A stretch of 64,000 nt of DNA, taken from positions 1,984,001 through 2,048,000 of the forward strand of contig CAKKNE010000002.1 of assembly GCA_918797485.1 (NCBI GenBank), written 5' to 3'. Below are positions 11,842 through 21,722 of this stretch, piece after piece. A program made the translations under genes and the position numbers. Under the pieces are notes generated by a model, which did no database searches, had not been told where the DNA came from, and saw only the letters and a list, made by a program, of their open reading frames with translations. Source of the DNA: Pelagomonas calceolata (Eukaryota). The stretch's first letter is position 1; every line of letters begins with the position of its first letter.

Positions 11842-12207
11842 CGATGCGACGGCTGGCTTAAGCACGACGTATAATGACGCTCTTGCACGTCCTCAAGGGC
11901 AACTTTTTGTATCGTCGAGCAAGAATACCCGCACGACTTTTAGGCACTTTTCCACCCTCCCACCCGTGCCAGGCCTCGCCAGGCCTCGAATCAGGCCTCG
12001 ATAAGCCCCCTCCGAGAGCCAAACTCCTTCCTCATACTAGAATACCTCTCCCAAACTTTTTGCGCGCTGCTATCTCAGGCAGCCCCAAGCACCGCCGCGC
12101 CGCGCGACTACACGACAGCCCCCCGCACCACCGCCGCGCGCCCGCGCGCCCCTCAGCCAGCCACCACGGGGTTCTTCGGCAGCTCCAGGCCCAAGCCCAA
12201 GCCCAAC

Positions 12208-12957
12208 ATGCTCTTCGAGGAGACCGAGGCCGAGCCCACGGGCCCGGACCTCCGGCCCGATACCGAGTTCATGTGGTACTGGGAGGAGGACGGCCATCGG
12301 GTGAAGAACCATCACACCTGGGACAAGCAGGGCAACTTCATTGCCTATCCGCCGAAGGTGTCGACGTACCTCGAGCAGCAGTGGACGACGGGCCAAAGTG
12401 CGGACAACCTCCAGATCACTTACAAGCCCTTCCACTCGCACACGGGCTTCTCCTACAAGGTCTGCTTCCAGGACATGAACCAGATCAATAAAGGGACCGG
12501 GTATCGCAGAAAAATTATGCGGCGCCAGAACCCGAACTACGTCGCGCCCATCGCGTCGGCGGAACCGGTCATGGCCACAGCAGTACCTATTGAAGAAGGC
12601 ATGGGCGGGCTAGCCGTCAGCAACTTTGGGGGCCTACCGCAGCCTCCGGAGGATCTATTTTCCTATGCCTTGCAGTCCATCTCCCTGAAGGACTTCGAGG
12701 CCAAGACCAAGGGCACGAACCTGGACCACTCGTCCAAGGCCATGGGCGGCACGTTGTTGACGTGGGCCGCGGAGTTCCACCGGGTCGATTTGTGCCAGTC
12801 GCTCTTGGATAGAGGTGCCGATGCGAATTCTAGGGACTGGACGACGGACCAGTCCGCTTTAGGCTGGGCGACGTCGACGCCCGTGCACGGCGAGGAGATG
12901 CCGCCCTGCGACCGCGCGGCCACGCTCGCGCTATTGAAGGCGCGCGGGGCGCGCTAG
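12208..12957 (+). CDS. WWE-domain plus ankyrin-repeat protein
   Basis: WYWEE..YPPKVSTYLE..YKVCFQDMNQINKGTGYRRKIMR (WWE), and LLDRGADAN (ANK). Confidence 0.75.
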   Translation: MLFEETEAEPTGPDLRPDTEFMWYWEEDGHRVKNHHTWDKQGNFIAYPPKVSTYLEQQWTTGQSADNLQITYKPFHSHTGFSYKVCFQDMNQINKGTGYRRKIMRRQNPNYVAPIASAEPVMATAVPIEEGMGGLAVSNFGGLPQPPEDLFSYALQSISLKDFEAKTKGTNLDHSSKAMGGTLLTWAAEFHRVDLCQSLLDRGADANSRDWTTDQSALGWATSTPVHGEEMPPCDRAATLALLKARGAR

Positions 12958-13068
12958 ACCACATCCCTCCCCGTCATCGAGAAGACATCCCCGTTCCTTT
13001 TCCTAATTTCTTTTTGAGTCACTCTCGACGCCGCCGCCGCGCCCCCAGAAGTCTAGTAGGAGCACCTC

Positions 13069-13746
13069 TTACGCCGGCGTCGCCTCAGCCAGCACCACGG
13101 CCGGGTCGTCGTCGGGGATCACCGACGCCTGCATGAGGTCGAAGCACAGCAGGAGCGTATGGGGCGAGTCGCAGACCTCCAGCTTCCGATCGCGACACAA
13201 GTCGGCGCACCGCGCGACGAACCAGTGTTCCAATTCGAGCAGCGGCACGCGCATCGTCGAGTCCCTGCCCGCCTTCCGGAAGGCGTCGTCGGCGTGCTGC
13301 AGGACGTCCTCGTCCTGCGGCAGCGACCCGCGCCGCGTCGCGAGGCAGCAGCCCGCGAGCACGGTCAACAGCGCGACGACGACCTCGTCATACGACAGGG
13401 ACCCGACCTGATTAAAGTCGAAGAGCCGCAGCACGAAGTTCGCCTTGCCCTCCAAGGACCCCTGCGAGACGACCGCGAGGCCGCCGAGCACCTCGAGCGC
13501 GTTCACCTCTCCCCCAGAATCGTACTCCGCGAACCTAGGCCAAATCATGTCGCCGACGACGTCCTTCTTCGCGTCGGGGAAGATGGCCCGGACGATTTCT
13601 TTTATTTCTTTTCTGTGCAGCCCGAAGCCGTGGGCTCCAGCTTGATGTCTCCGCCACAAGGCTTCCACATGTTCCAAACTCCAGGTCGTCGGGTCGTTGT
13701 CTATGACTTGAATCGTGCGCTGGACGCCGGACTCGAGGTTGCCCAT
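13069..13746 (-). CDS. Myristoylated EF-hand protein (calcineurin-B/recoverin-like)
   Basis: MGNLES start; GSLEGKANFVLRLFDFNQVGSLSYDE. Confidence 0.7.
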   Translation of the reverse strand: MGNLESGVQRTIQVIDNDPTTWSLEHVEALWRRHQAGAHGFGLHRKEIKEIVRAIFPDAKKDVVGDMIWPRFAEYDSGGEVNALEVLGGLAVVSQGSLEGKANFVLRLFDFNQVGSLSYDEVVVALLTVLAGCCLATRRGSLPQDEDVLQHADDAFRKAGRDSTMRVPLLELEHWFVARCADLCRDRKLEVCDSPHTLLLCFDLMQASVIPDDDPAVVLAEATPA

Positions 13747-14043
13747 GGTTAGTAGGTGCTCTTGGTGGGATAGCTGGGCGTGTCGGTGGCGTGGAGGCAG
13801 CCCCAAAAGTTCTGCGCGCTTTGCGTGGGATACGTACGGCAGCTTCTGGTTCTCTGGTCGTCGAGAGGCTGCTCAGACGACACACAGCGGCCAACTTTGG
13901 CGCTGGCCGCTTTCCCTAGTGTGTCAATAGACGCTAGCTAGCTGCCAGTGCAAACCAGGCCCAGCGGCCATTCCAAGGCACTACGCGTTGTGCGCGGTCG
14001 CGGTACTGTTTTGGACAGCGCCTCCAAAACCCTCGGAGCAGTC

Positions 14044-14523
14044 ATGCGTCTCGTCAGCACGCTAGCACTGCTGAGGGCAGCGCCAGCCAGTGCTCTGGCG
14101 CCCATCGAGCGCCGCACCCTCCTCAAGGGCGCCGCCGCGGCATCCACCATCAGCGCAGCACCCGCGCTGGCCAAAGGCAGCGTGGGCGGCCCAAGCGTCA
14201 AGCTCTGCGACGGCACGCAGTTTCCCGTGGCCAGCTTCGGCCTCCAGGTCTACGACGACGAGGCGGCCTACAAGTACACGACGCTCGCATTAGAGTGCGG
14301 CTACCGGAACTTCTTCGCCAGCGTGCTCGCGGGCAACCAGAAGGGCTTCGGGAAGGCTGTAAGGAATTCGGGCATTCCCCGGGACGAGTTATATATATGC
14401 GGCTCCGTGCTCTCGAATCGAGCGCGGGGCGAGGAGGCCGCCTTCCAATCGACCAAGCGAGGCTGCGACGCGAACTTTAGGGATTTGAATATCGGAAAGC
14501 TCGACATGATCATGCTCGACTAC
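14044..14523 (+). pseudogene. 5' half of an aldo-keto reductase gene, interrupted by an insert
   Basis: Matches the N-terminal half of the 15757-16713 protein up to LDMIMLDY, then diverges. Confidence 0.85.
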
Positions 14524-17500
14524 TCTGGAGCGGGACCGCCGACGCGGTCCGTTCGTGCTTTGGGAGGGTCGTCCGAGGTCGTTTCCTAGAATGATGGCGC
14601 TGGGTGGTTTCTTTTTGATTTTTGAGCCGGTTCCGGCGGGGTCGGAGATCCCGAGAGGGCCTCGGTGGGTTCGGGGCGAAGGGCGGTGCTGGGGCGGTCC
14701 GGAGCGGTGGCGGGACCGCTCTCGACGCCGTCGGCGCGGCGCCGGTGCCTTGGATGCTCTGGAGGTCTTTAGGGGTGCACGGGCGCCGTCCGCGGCGCCG
14801 GCGGGGTCGCGAGGGCCCTTCGGGCAGCCTACGGTGAAGAACGGCGCCGGAACGGGCACGGCGGTGTGTGATCGAGGGCCCTGTACGCCTGTCGACGCGG
14901 CGGCGCCCTGGATGTGGTCTGGAGCCCTGGCGTGCCGCCGGCCGGTTCATGACGTGGACTGTGGAGCGTAGCTTTGTCAGAATCCGTTGACAACGATCAC
15001 TTTTATAGGGATCGGGCCGAGGTCGAAATGTCCTCAAGCCCAACTCCGCTTAAACGAGCTATCGAAGAGGTGTGCAATGGTCGCGCGGCCGTCAAGCTGT
15101 CCCAGGCGAGGCGTATACGTACGGCTCGTGGCGCGGCGTTTTCGACTGCCTGAGGCCCCGGCGGGACGTCGTCGATGCCGTCGACGCGGACGAAGCCATT
15201 GATGGGTGCTCGGAGCCGTGCCTCTGGCGGCTACAGCTACACATTACGTCTCGCGGCGAGGTCCTACGCCAGCGAAGGCGGCGGCCCGGACGACTAGTTT
15301 TTGCTAATAATTGCTGTGTGTCTCGACTGCGAACTCCTTATGAGCGCTGGGGGAAAGAGGAAACGACACGCGGAGGATGTCGGCCATGCCCCAGGCCCGG
15401 CCTTCGCTGCTGGGCCCCCGCTCCACCCGGAAGGTGCAGCCGGTCCAGTCGTCGCGCGCCTCGTTCTTGTGGTTGTTCTCGTCCGTCGCCATGGTCCTCT
15501 GCGCCGCGCTGGCGCCGTAGACGGCCGCCGCCCCAGATCGTTCTGCGCTCTGCGATTTTTTTGATTCGCAAAGGGGCCTCGCGCCCCCCGGCCGGGTCCG
15601 CGGCGCGGGCGCGGCCCGGGAGGGCTCGGGGGCCTTGGGGGAGGTACTACTACGGAATTACTAGTCGCTGGAGGCGTCGGGGACTGTTGCCGCGCGGGCC
15701 GGCACCCCGTTTAGATGTTGCCATGCTGGATGATGGACGACCAATAGTTCATTAATTTACAGAACTAAGTTCTCGCCGTCCAGGAACGCGAGGTCCTTCG
15801 CCGACAGCTCGAAGTCGAAGACGTCGATGTCCTCCTGAAAATGCTGGCGGGACGTCGTCTGGCACGTGTACGTCGCGCCCTTGGCCAGGATCCACTTCAG
15901 GGCGATTTGTTGGGGCGTCTTGCCGTACTGCTTCCCCACCGCGGCGCACGCGCTCAAGGCGCCCGAGTTCAGCACTCTGAGAGGAGACCAGGCCTGCACC
16001 AATACGTTGCGCTTCTTGTTCTCCCGGAGTAACTCCGCGTTCTGTTTCGTCTTGTAGCCGACGCCCAGCGGTAATTGATTGACCGTCGGCCGGCCACCAC
16101 CACTCTTCAGCACGACATCCAGCTGCGCGGGCGAGAAATTCGACACCGCGAGGGACGTGACGCCGCCGTCCTTCCGCATCGCTTCCAAGCCGCGCCATTG
16201 GCCCTGGATGGACTCGGCGTCCGGCCCTGGGTAATCCAACATAATCATATCCAACTTGCCGACGTTCAGATCCCTAAAGTTCGCGTCGCAGCCTCGCCCC
16301 GTCGACTGGAAGGCGGCTTCCTCGCCCCTAGCTCTGTTCGATAGTACGGAGCCGCATATATATAACTCGTCCCGGGGAATGCCCGAGGCTCGCACGGCCT
16401 TCCCGAAGCCCTTCTGGTTGCCGGCTAGAACGCTGGCGAAGAAGTTCCGGTAGCCGCACTCCAGCGCTAGTGTGGTGTACTTGTAGGCCGCCTCGTCGTC
16501 GTAGACCTGGAGGCCGAAGGACACGACAGGGAACTGCGTGCCGTCGCAGAGCTTGACGCTTGGGCCGCCCGCGCTGCCTTTGGCCAGCGCGGGTGCGGCA
16601 CTGATGGTGGACGCGGCGGCGGCGCCCTTGAGGAGGGTGCGGCGCTCGACGGGTGCCAGCGCGGTGGCTGGCAGCGCTGCACTGAGCAGTGCTAGCGTGC
16701 TGAGGAGACGCATGACTGCTCCGAGGGGTTGTAGGCGCCGGCCAGAGATGCGCCGCGCCGCGACCGCGTCACGAAGCCTGGCTGCCTTGAATGGCCGCTT
16801 GCCTTTGCTTCTCGTGCTATTTTTGTAAGCAAGATAGTGGCAAAAATACAGCGTTTCAGTCGTTTTGTTTGCGATGAGCTACTACTGGTGCTGGTGCTGC
16901 CAGAGCACGCGCAGCAGTCGTTGCTGCGGCGAGCGAGGCTACGAGGGAGCTTGCAAACGAACGCCTTGAACGCTTGAACGTCCTCCCGGTCAAGAGTCCG
17001 ACGAACGTCGCAGACCAGGCCTCCCTGGCTGGGAGAGCATCAGCAGCCTCACAGCCCTCGAGCTCAACCGAGCCGCATTGATCACCAAAGGGCGCAGCGG
17101 TGCCTCAGGATCACGCATCGATGCCAGCCGGCGACCATTGGCCTCTCGTTTGATCAGTGCCGCGCCGCACACACACTGCATTGCCTCAGGGGCTCTGCAG
17201 TAGTACCTGAAAGGCGTGGCGTTACGTCGCGCGTCGCGTCGAGGCGTAAGGGTGGACGAGTCACAGTCTCTCGACGGATACTGAGAGCTGCGCACCGCCA
17301 CGACGTCGACCGGTCCTGTCCGCGGGACGCGCCCGGCTCCGCCCGAGCTGCTCTAGGCGCCCGGGACCGCCGTCACGCCGTCGACGCATCGGCTGGCGTA
17401 CCACGACCGCGCCGCACCGGCGCACGGCCCGCGACGGCGCCGTTCTCGAAGCTTCACCAGTAGCTCCGGAACCCGACGACGTCGCGCCCGAAATGGCCTC

Positions 17501-17628
17501 AAATTCGAAAAAGAAACCGCCCCCGGCCATCATTCCTGGAGACGACGCGCCTCGACCCCCCGAAACCTTCGCTACGCGACGGGAGGCCGAGATACGACGG
17601 GGCCCTTCCGGTCGTCGGTAAGTTGGAT
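14524..17628. mobile_element. ~3.1-kb insert with degenerate inverted ends carrying an intact AKR copy (Pack-element-like)
   Basis: Flanked by an exact 18-bp direct repeat at 14506-14523 / 17629-17646; imperfect inverted repeat at ~14558-14630 / ~17495-17567; no transposase seen. Confidence 0.6.
15757..16713 (-). CDS. Aldo-keto reductase (intact copy; possibly plastid-targeted)
   Basis: AKR motifs: FGLQVY, GIPRDELYI, LAVSNF, VQAWSPL, YGKTPQQIALKW, DVFDFELS. Confidence 0.9.
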   Translation of the reverse strand: MRLLSTLALLSAALPATALAPVERRTLLKGAAAASTISAAPALAKGSAGGPSVKLCDGTQFPVVSFGLQVYDDEAAYKYTTLALECGYRNFFASVLAGNQKGFGKAVRASGIPRDELYICGSVLSNRARGEEAAFQSTGRGCDANFRDLNVGKLDMIMLDYPGPDAESIQGQWRGLEAMRKDGGVTSLAVSNFSPAQLDVVLKSGGGRPTVNQLPLGVGYKTKQNAELLRENKKRNVLVQAWSPLRVLNSGALSACAAVGKQYGKTPQQIALKWILAKGATYTCQTTSRQHFQEDIDVFDFELSAKDLAFLDGENLVL

Positions 17629-18117
17629 ATGATCATGCTCGACTACCCGGGACCGGACGCCGAGTCCATCCAGGGCCAGTGGCGCGGCCTCGAGAATATG
17701 CGGAAAGATGGTGGGGTGACCTCTCTCGCGGTGTCGAACTTCTCTCCCCAACAGTTAGACGTCGTGCTGAAGAGTCCTGGACGTTGTACGGTGAATCAAC
17801 TGCCGCTCGGCGTCGGCTACAAGACCAAGCAAAACGCGGAGTTGCTCCGCGAGAACAAGAAGCGTAGTGTCTTGGTGCAGGCCTGGTCGCCGCTAAGGGT
17901 GCTGTCGTCGGGCGCGCTCAGCGCTTGTGCGGCCGTGGGGAAGCAGTACGGCAAGACGCCCCAGCAAATCGCCCTGAAGTGGATTCTCGCCAAGGGCGCG
18001 ACGTACACCTGCCAGACGACGTCCCGCCAACACTTCCAGGAGGACATCGACGTCTTCGACTTTGAGCTGTCCGCGAAGGACCTCGCGTTTCTGGATGGAG
18101 AGAACCTAGTTCTGTAA
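17613..18117 (+). pseudogene. 3' half of the interrupted aldo-keto reductase gene
   Basis: VGKLDMIMLDYPGPDAES..FLDGENLVL*, nearly identical in protein to the intact copy. Confidence 0.85.
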
Positions 18118-18124
18118 CACACGT

Positions 18125-19318
18125 TTAGTTATTTTGGGGCCGCCGGTCGTCGAGCATCGCCACGTCTAAACCGGGCGCCGGCCGCGCCGCGCGGTCGGCC
18201 TCGGCCGCGCGTAGAGCCCGGGCACCGGCGTCCCCTATTTTGTTGCCGCCGACCTCGACGGTCTCGACGGCCGACCTCGCGAGCGCCGCCGCGAGCGCGA
18301 TCGCGCCGGTATCTGTCATGCCCGTCTTGCTAATTCCTAATGTACGCAGGTTCGACTCGTCGGGAGGAGGTTTGCGCAGGTCGACATCGGCAAGGAAGGG
18401 CGCCTCTATGCACTCCGCAATGGCCGTCACGCCGTCGTCGCCGAACGCGTTATCATTGATGAAGATCGACGCCGCGCCGCCCCCGATCAGAGCAATGGCG
18501 CCTCTCGATGAAATCCCCGTGCCCGACGCGTCGATGACATCCAAGGGCGCGTCCGACGCGGCGACGGCTTCGGCACCGGCGTCGCCCGCTTCCTCATTGT
18601 TCGCGTACCGCAGCTCTACCAATGAAGACGCTTTTTCTGCTATCGCTTTGATCGATGCGGCGTCTAAGCCGCAGTTCGACACGTCGAGCCGAAAGAGCTT
18701 CCGGCCCGGCGCGAAATCAATACAGTCGAAGGCGCCCGGTGCTAAGTCCGCGCACCTTAAACTCACGACGTTCGCGGCGAGCACGGGGACCCGTCGCGCC
18801 TGGAGGCAGCCGGACACGTCGAGGTGGCGCAGCGGCCTTTCTCTCGCCTGGAGTGCTTTGCCGAGCGCCACGATGCCCGGCTCGCCGACGTCGTTGCGCG
18901 CCAGGTCGAGGCGGTCCAACCCCTCGGAGAGCGCCGCCGCGAGCGAAACGACGCCGGCGTCGCCAATACCCTTGGCCTCGAGGTGCAGCTGTTTAAAGGA
19001 AGGGCAGCGAAAGCACAGCGCCAGGGCTTGGGCGCCGTCGTCGCCGAGCGTCGCGTCGCCCGCATCTAGGATCTCGAGCGTCGTCGACGCGCCGGCGGCG
19101 CGGCCGAGCGCGGCCGCGCCGACGGCACTGATGGAGTGGCCGCTGCACCGTAGTTCCTTGAGTTTGGCCGTCGGCGACCGCATCGCGGTCGCGAGCTTTA
19201 CGGCCGCGGCGTCATCGAAAACGCGGCCGGCGAGCACGACGACGCACGCGAGGCGGCCGCTCTCGACGCCTTCTACTAAGTCATCGATGCTGCGCTTCTG
19301 CGCGCCCCAGGCGCTCAT
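18125..19318 (-). CDS. Leucine-rich-repeat protein (RNI-like)
   Basis: Repeated LxLxxNxIGDxGAxAL units. Confidence 0.85.
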   Translation of the reverse strand: MSAWGAQKRSIDDLVEGVESGRLACVVVLAGRVFDDAAAVKLATAMRSPTAKLKELRCSGHSISAVGAAALGRAAGASTTLEILDAGDATLGDDGAQALALCFRCPSFKQLHLEAKGIGDAGVVSLAAALSEGLDRLDLARNDVGEPGIVALGKALQARERPLRHLDVSGCLQARRVPVLAANVVSLRCADLAPGAFDCIDFAPGRKLFRLDVSNCGLDAASIKAIAEKASSLVELRYANNEEAGDAGAEAVAASDAPLDVIDASGTGISSRGAIALIGGGAASIFINDNAFGDDGVTAIAECIEAPFLADVDLRKPPPDESNLRTLGISKTGMTDTGAIALAAALARSAVETVEVGGNKIGDAGARALRAAEADRAARPAPGLDVAMLDDRRPQNN

Positions 19319-19712
19319 CGCTGGGGGAGGGTGGAGTCTTTTTGATCTATGCGGCAGCCGTACGTTCTACCGTTGTGTGCTGAGGTGCGTGACGGCTCTG
19401 ATTTTGATCACTGCGACTACTCGGACCGGCGTTTTGTCCATTCGGTGCCACACGGGCGAAGCCAGCTCTCGCAGCCTGGCCACCAGCCACGGAGAGGCAA
19501 AAGCCAAATCGGTGACTGCTCCCGCGGGAAAGCCGTCCGTCGGCAACAGCGTTTTTAAAGAGAAGCGAAGGCGTCGTCGAGGCCGCTGCGTGACGTTTTC
19601 CGCGCCGCCGCGTAACCGCAGCAACAAGCCTGAAATCCAGGGACAAGCAATCGCTTGCGAACGCAAGTAGCCGCGACGCGCCGCACCGGAAAAGCCGACC
19701 AAGAAGCAGACC

Positions 19713-20987
19713 ATGGCCGCCGCCGACGTGACATGCGGCCTCGCCGAAGTGCTCGTCTTCATCGGCGCGCTCGTCGCCGGCACGGCCTGCTCGCTCTGCT
19801 CCAAAGTCCTGCTGTCGATGCGCAGCGTCGGCGCGAGCGGCGAGGAGCAGAGCTTCCAGAACCCGCTCTTCCAGACCTGGGGCATGTTTTTGGGCATGGT
19901 CTTCGCGCTGCCCGTCCACTTTGCGAGGGAAGCGTTGGAGCGGAGGCGGTCGAGGCGGGGCTACGACGCCATCGGTATTGAGAGAAGGCCGTCGTTCAAG
20001 GAGATGCCCCGGTCGACCTATTTGTTGCTGGCGGCGCCGGCGCTTTTTGATCTCGCGGCGACGGCGCTGTGCATGTTCGGCCTGACGCGCGTCGCGGTCT
20101 CCGTCTATCAGATGCTACGCGGCGCGGCGATCGTTTTTGTCGCTATCCTCAAGCATTTTGTGTTGAAGGACAAGCTCGCCAAGTACATGTGGGTCGGCGT
20201 GGGCCTGAACGTGGTGTCGATCGTCTTGGTGGGCGCGACGGCGCAGTCGTCCGACAGCGGACAGGGAGACCCGTTGGTCGGCGTCGCGCTCATCCTCGCG
20301 GGGGCCTTCGTGCAATCTTTACAATACGCCTTCGAGGAGAAGGTCATGTCCTCGGACGTAGGGGCACCGCCTTTGCTGGTTATAGGTATGGAGGGATTTT
20401 GGGGTTTGTTTGTCTGCACCTTCGTGCTGTACCCGGCGGCCTACGCGGCGGGCGTCGAGGACCCCTACGACACGTACGTCATGTTCCGCAATAGCCAGGA
20501 TATCCAGCGCATGTTCCTTTTGTACTTTGTCGCTATATTTTCGTACAACCTCTTGGCCGTGCTGGTGACGTACATGCTCGACAGCGTCTGGCACGCCATC
20601 CTCGACAACTTCCGGCCCATCTCGGTCTGGGGCGTCGATTTGGCCCTGTTCTACGTCGTGACGAGCGGGGCCTTCGGCGAGGCGTGGGCGTACCCGGGCA
20701 GCTACGTCCAGGTGGCCGCCCTCGGCGTCCTGCTCTACGGCACGGCGGTCTACAACGGCTCGGTCAAGGTGCCCGGCTGCTCGTACCCGCCCGACGCTCA
20801 ACAGCCGCAGCTCCTCTCGCCGATGGTCGTGCGCGCGTCGCCGGCGCTGGCCTCGTCCCAGGTCATGAAGTCGCCGCTCATCCACGGCACGCCGCTGTCC
20901 CGCCGGAACACGATGGAGCGGGCGACGCTGCCGCGCGTCCAGGAGCTACCGCGGGGCCTGCCGCGGCCGCGGAGCGGGAGCCTCTGA
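19713..20987 (+). CDS. SLC35F6-like DMT/nucleotide-sugar transporter
   Basis: FQNPLFQTWGMFLG, SVYQMLRG, QYAFEEK and GMEGFWG motifs. Confidence 0.85.
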   Translation: MAAADVTCGLAEVLVFIGALVAGTACSLCSKVLLSMRSVGASGEEQSFQNPLFQTWGMFLGMVFALPVHFAREALERRRSRRGYDAIGIERRPSFKEMPRSTYLLLAAPALFDLAATALCMFGLTRVAVSVYQMLRGAAIVFVAILKHFVLKDKLAKYMWVGVGLNVVSIVLVGATAQSSDSGQGDPLVGVALILAGAFVQSLQYAFEEKVMSSDVGAPPLLVIGMEGFWGLFVCTFVLYPAAYAAGVEDPYDTYVMFRNSQDIQRMFLLYFVAIFSYNLLAVLVTYMLDSVWHAILDNFRPISVWGVDLALFYVVTSGAFGEAWAYPGSYVQVAALGVLLYGTAVYNGSVKVPGCSYPPDAQQPQLLSPMVVRASPALASSQVMKSPLIHGTPLSRRNTMERATLPRVQELPRGLPRPRSGSL

Positions 20988-21070
20988 GTACATAGTTAGT
21001 GTGTAATATCGCGATTCGTCGACGACCTGACCATATATTATTCATACAACTTAAGCGCCCGCGCGTACGG

Positions 21071-21430
21071 CTAGTGGTGGAAGTCCGGGTCGCGCACGAA
21101 ACGGAGGCCGCAGTACTTGCAGTCCGTCGGGATGGTGGGGTCCACCGTGTTGAGCGTGATGTACTCGATCGGGTGGCCGAGCGCGCCGCCGCCGCCGTTG
21201 CAGGTGGCGACGTTGCCCTTCACCTTGATGACGGGCACCGCGGCGATGAGCGCCTCGGCGTCGCTCCGGTGGGGGTTCACGTACTCCACCGGGTTGCCGC
21301 CGCTCGTGCCGAGGGCGCGCACGGCCGCCGGGGCCCGCGCGCGCGCCGCCGCGAGCTTCGGGGCCTGGCCGCGGCACGCGCGGCACCACGCGCCGGACCA
21401 GCGGCCCACGGCCTTCGGCAGCGACGCCAT
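21071..21430 (-). CDS. NDUFS6: Complex I subunit NDUFS6 (zf-CHCC)
   Basis: CNGGGGALGHPIEYI..CKYCGLRF. Confidence 0.9.
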   Translation of the reverse strand: MASLPKAVGRWSGAWCRACRGQAPKLAAARARAPAAVRALGTSGGNPVEYVNPHRSDAEALIAAVPVIKVKGNVATCNGGGGALGHPIEYITLNTVDPTIPTDCKYCGLRFVRDPDFHH

Positions 21431-21722
21431 GGTTTCGCGCGAGCGCTTCCTTGAGTTGCTGGCAGCAAGTGCTGGAGAGGCGGTTTTAGCCCAGCTCCGA
21501 CCGCCGCTCGCTCCAGCCTGGCTGGCGACGGCAGCGACTGAGTCCGAAGAGCTTTTGTAGGGGGTCAAGCTCACCTTAGGGTCCCCGCTTGGCCGGTCGC
21601 GGCGCCGTGCGGCTGGGGGCAAATAATGAGCTAGCGTAAACCCTCTAGACGACACGCCAAAAATAATTGCTCACGGCCATCGCACGTCGCGTCGTCGCAT
21701 AAATGCAAGGGCTGCCTTAAGA

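Noticed and set aside
14524..15696. Transposase in the insert or anywhere in the window
   Set aside because: No ORF with DDE, tyrosine-recombinase or reverse-transcriptase motifs.
14499..17622. The 3.1-kb AKR insert as a spliceable intron
   Set aside because: I found no GT/GC..AG pair near the junctions that restores the frame. The GGTAAGT at 17618 is simply coding G-K-L.
18240..19670. Long antisense/shadow ORFs (also 38282-39916, 32710-34077, 27690-28844)
   Set aside because: They overlap recognisable genes, are low-complexity, and are expected at this GC content.
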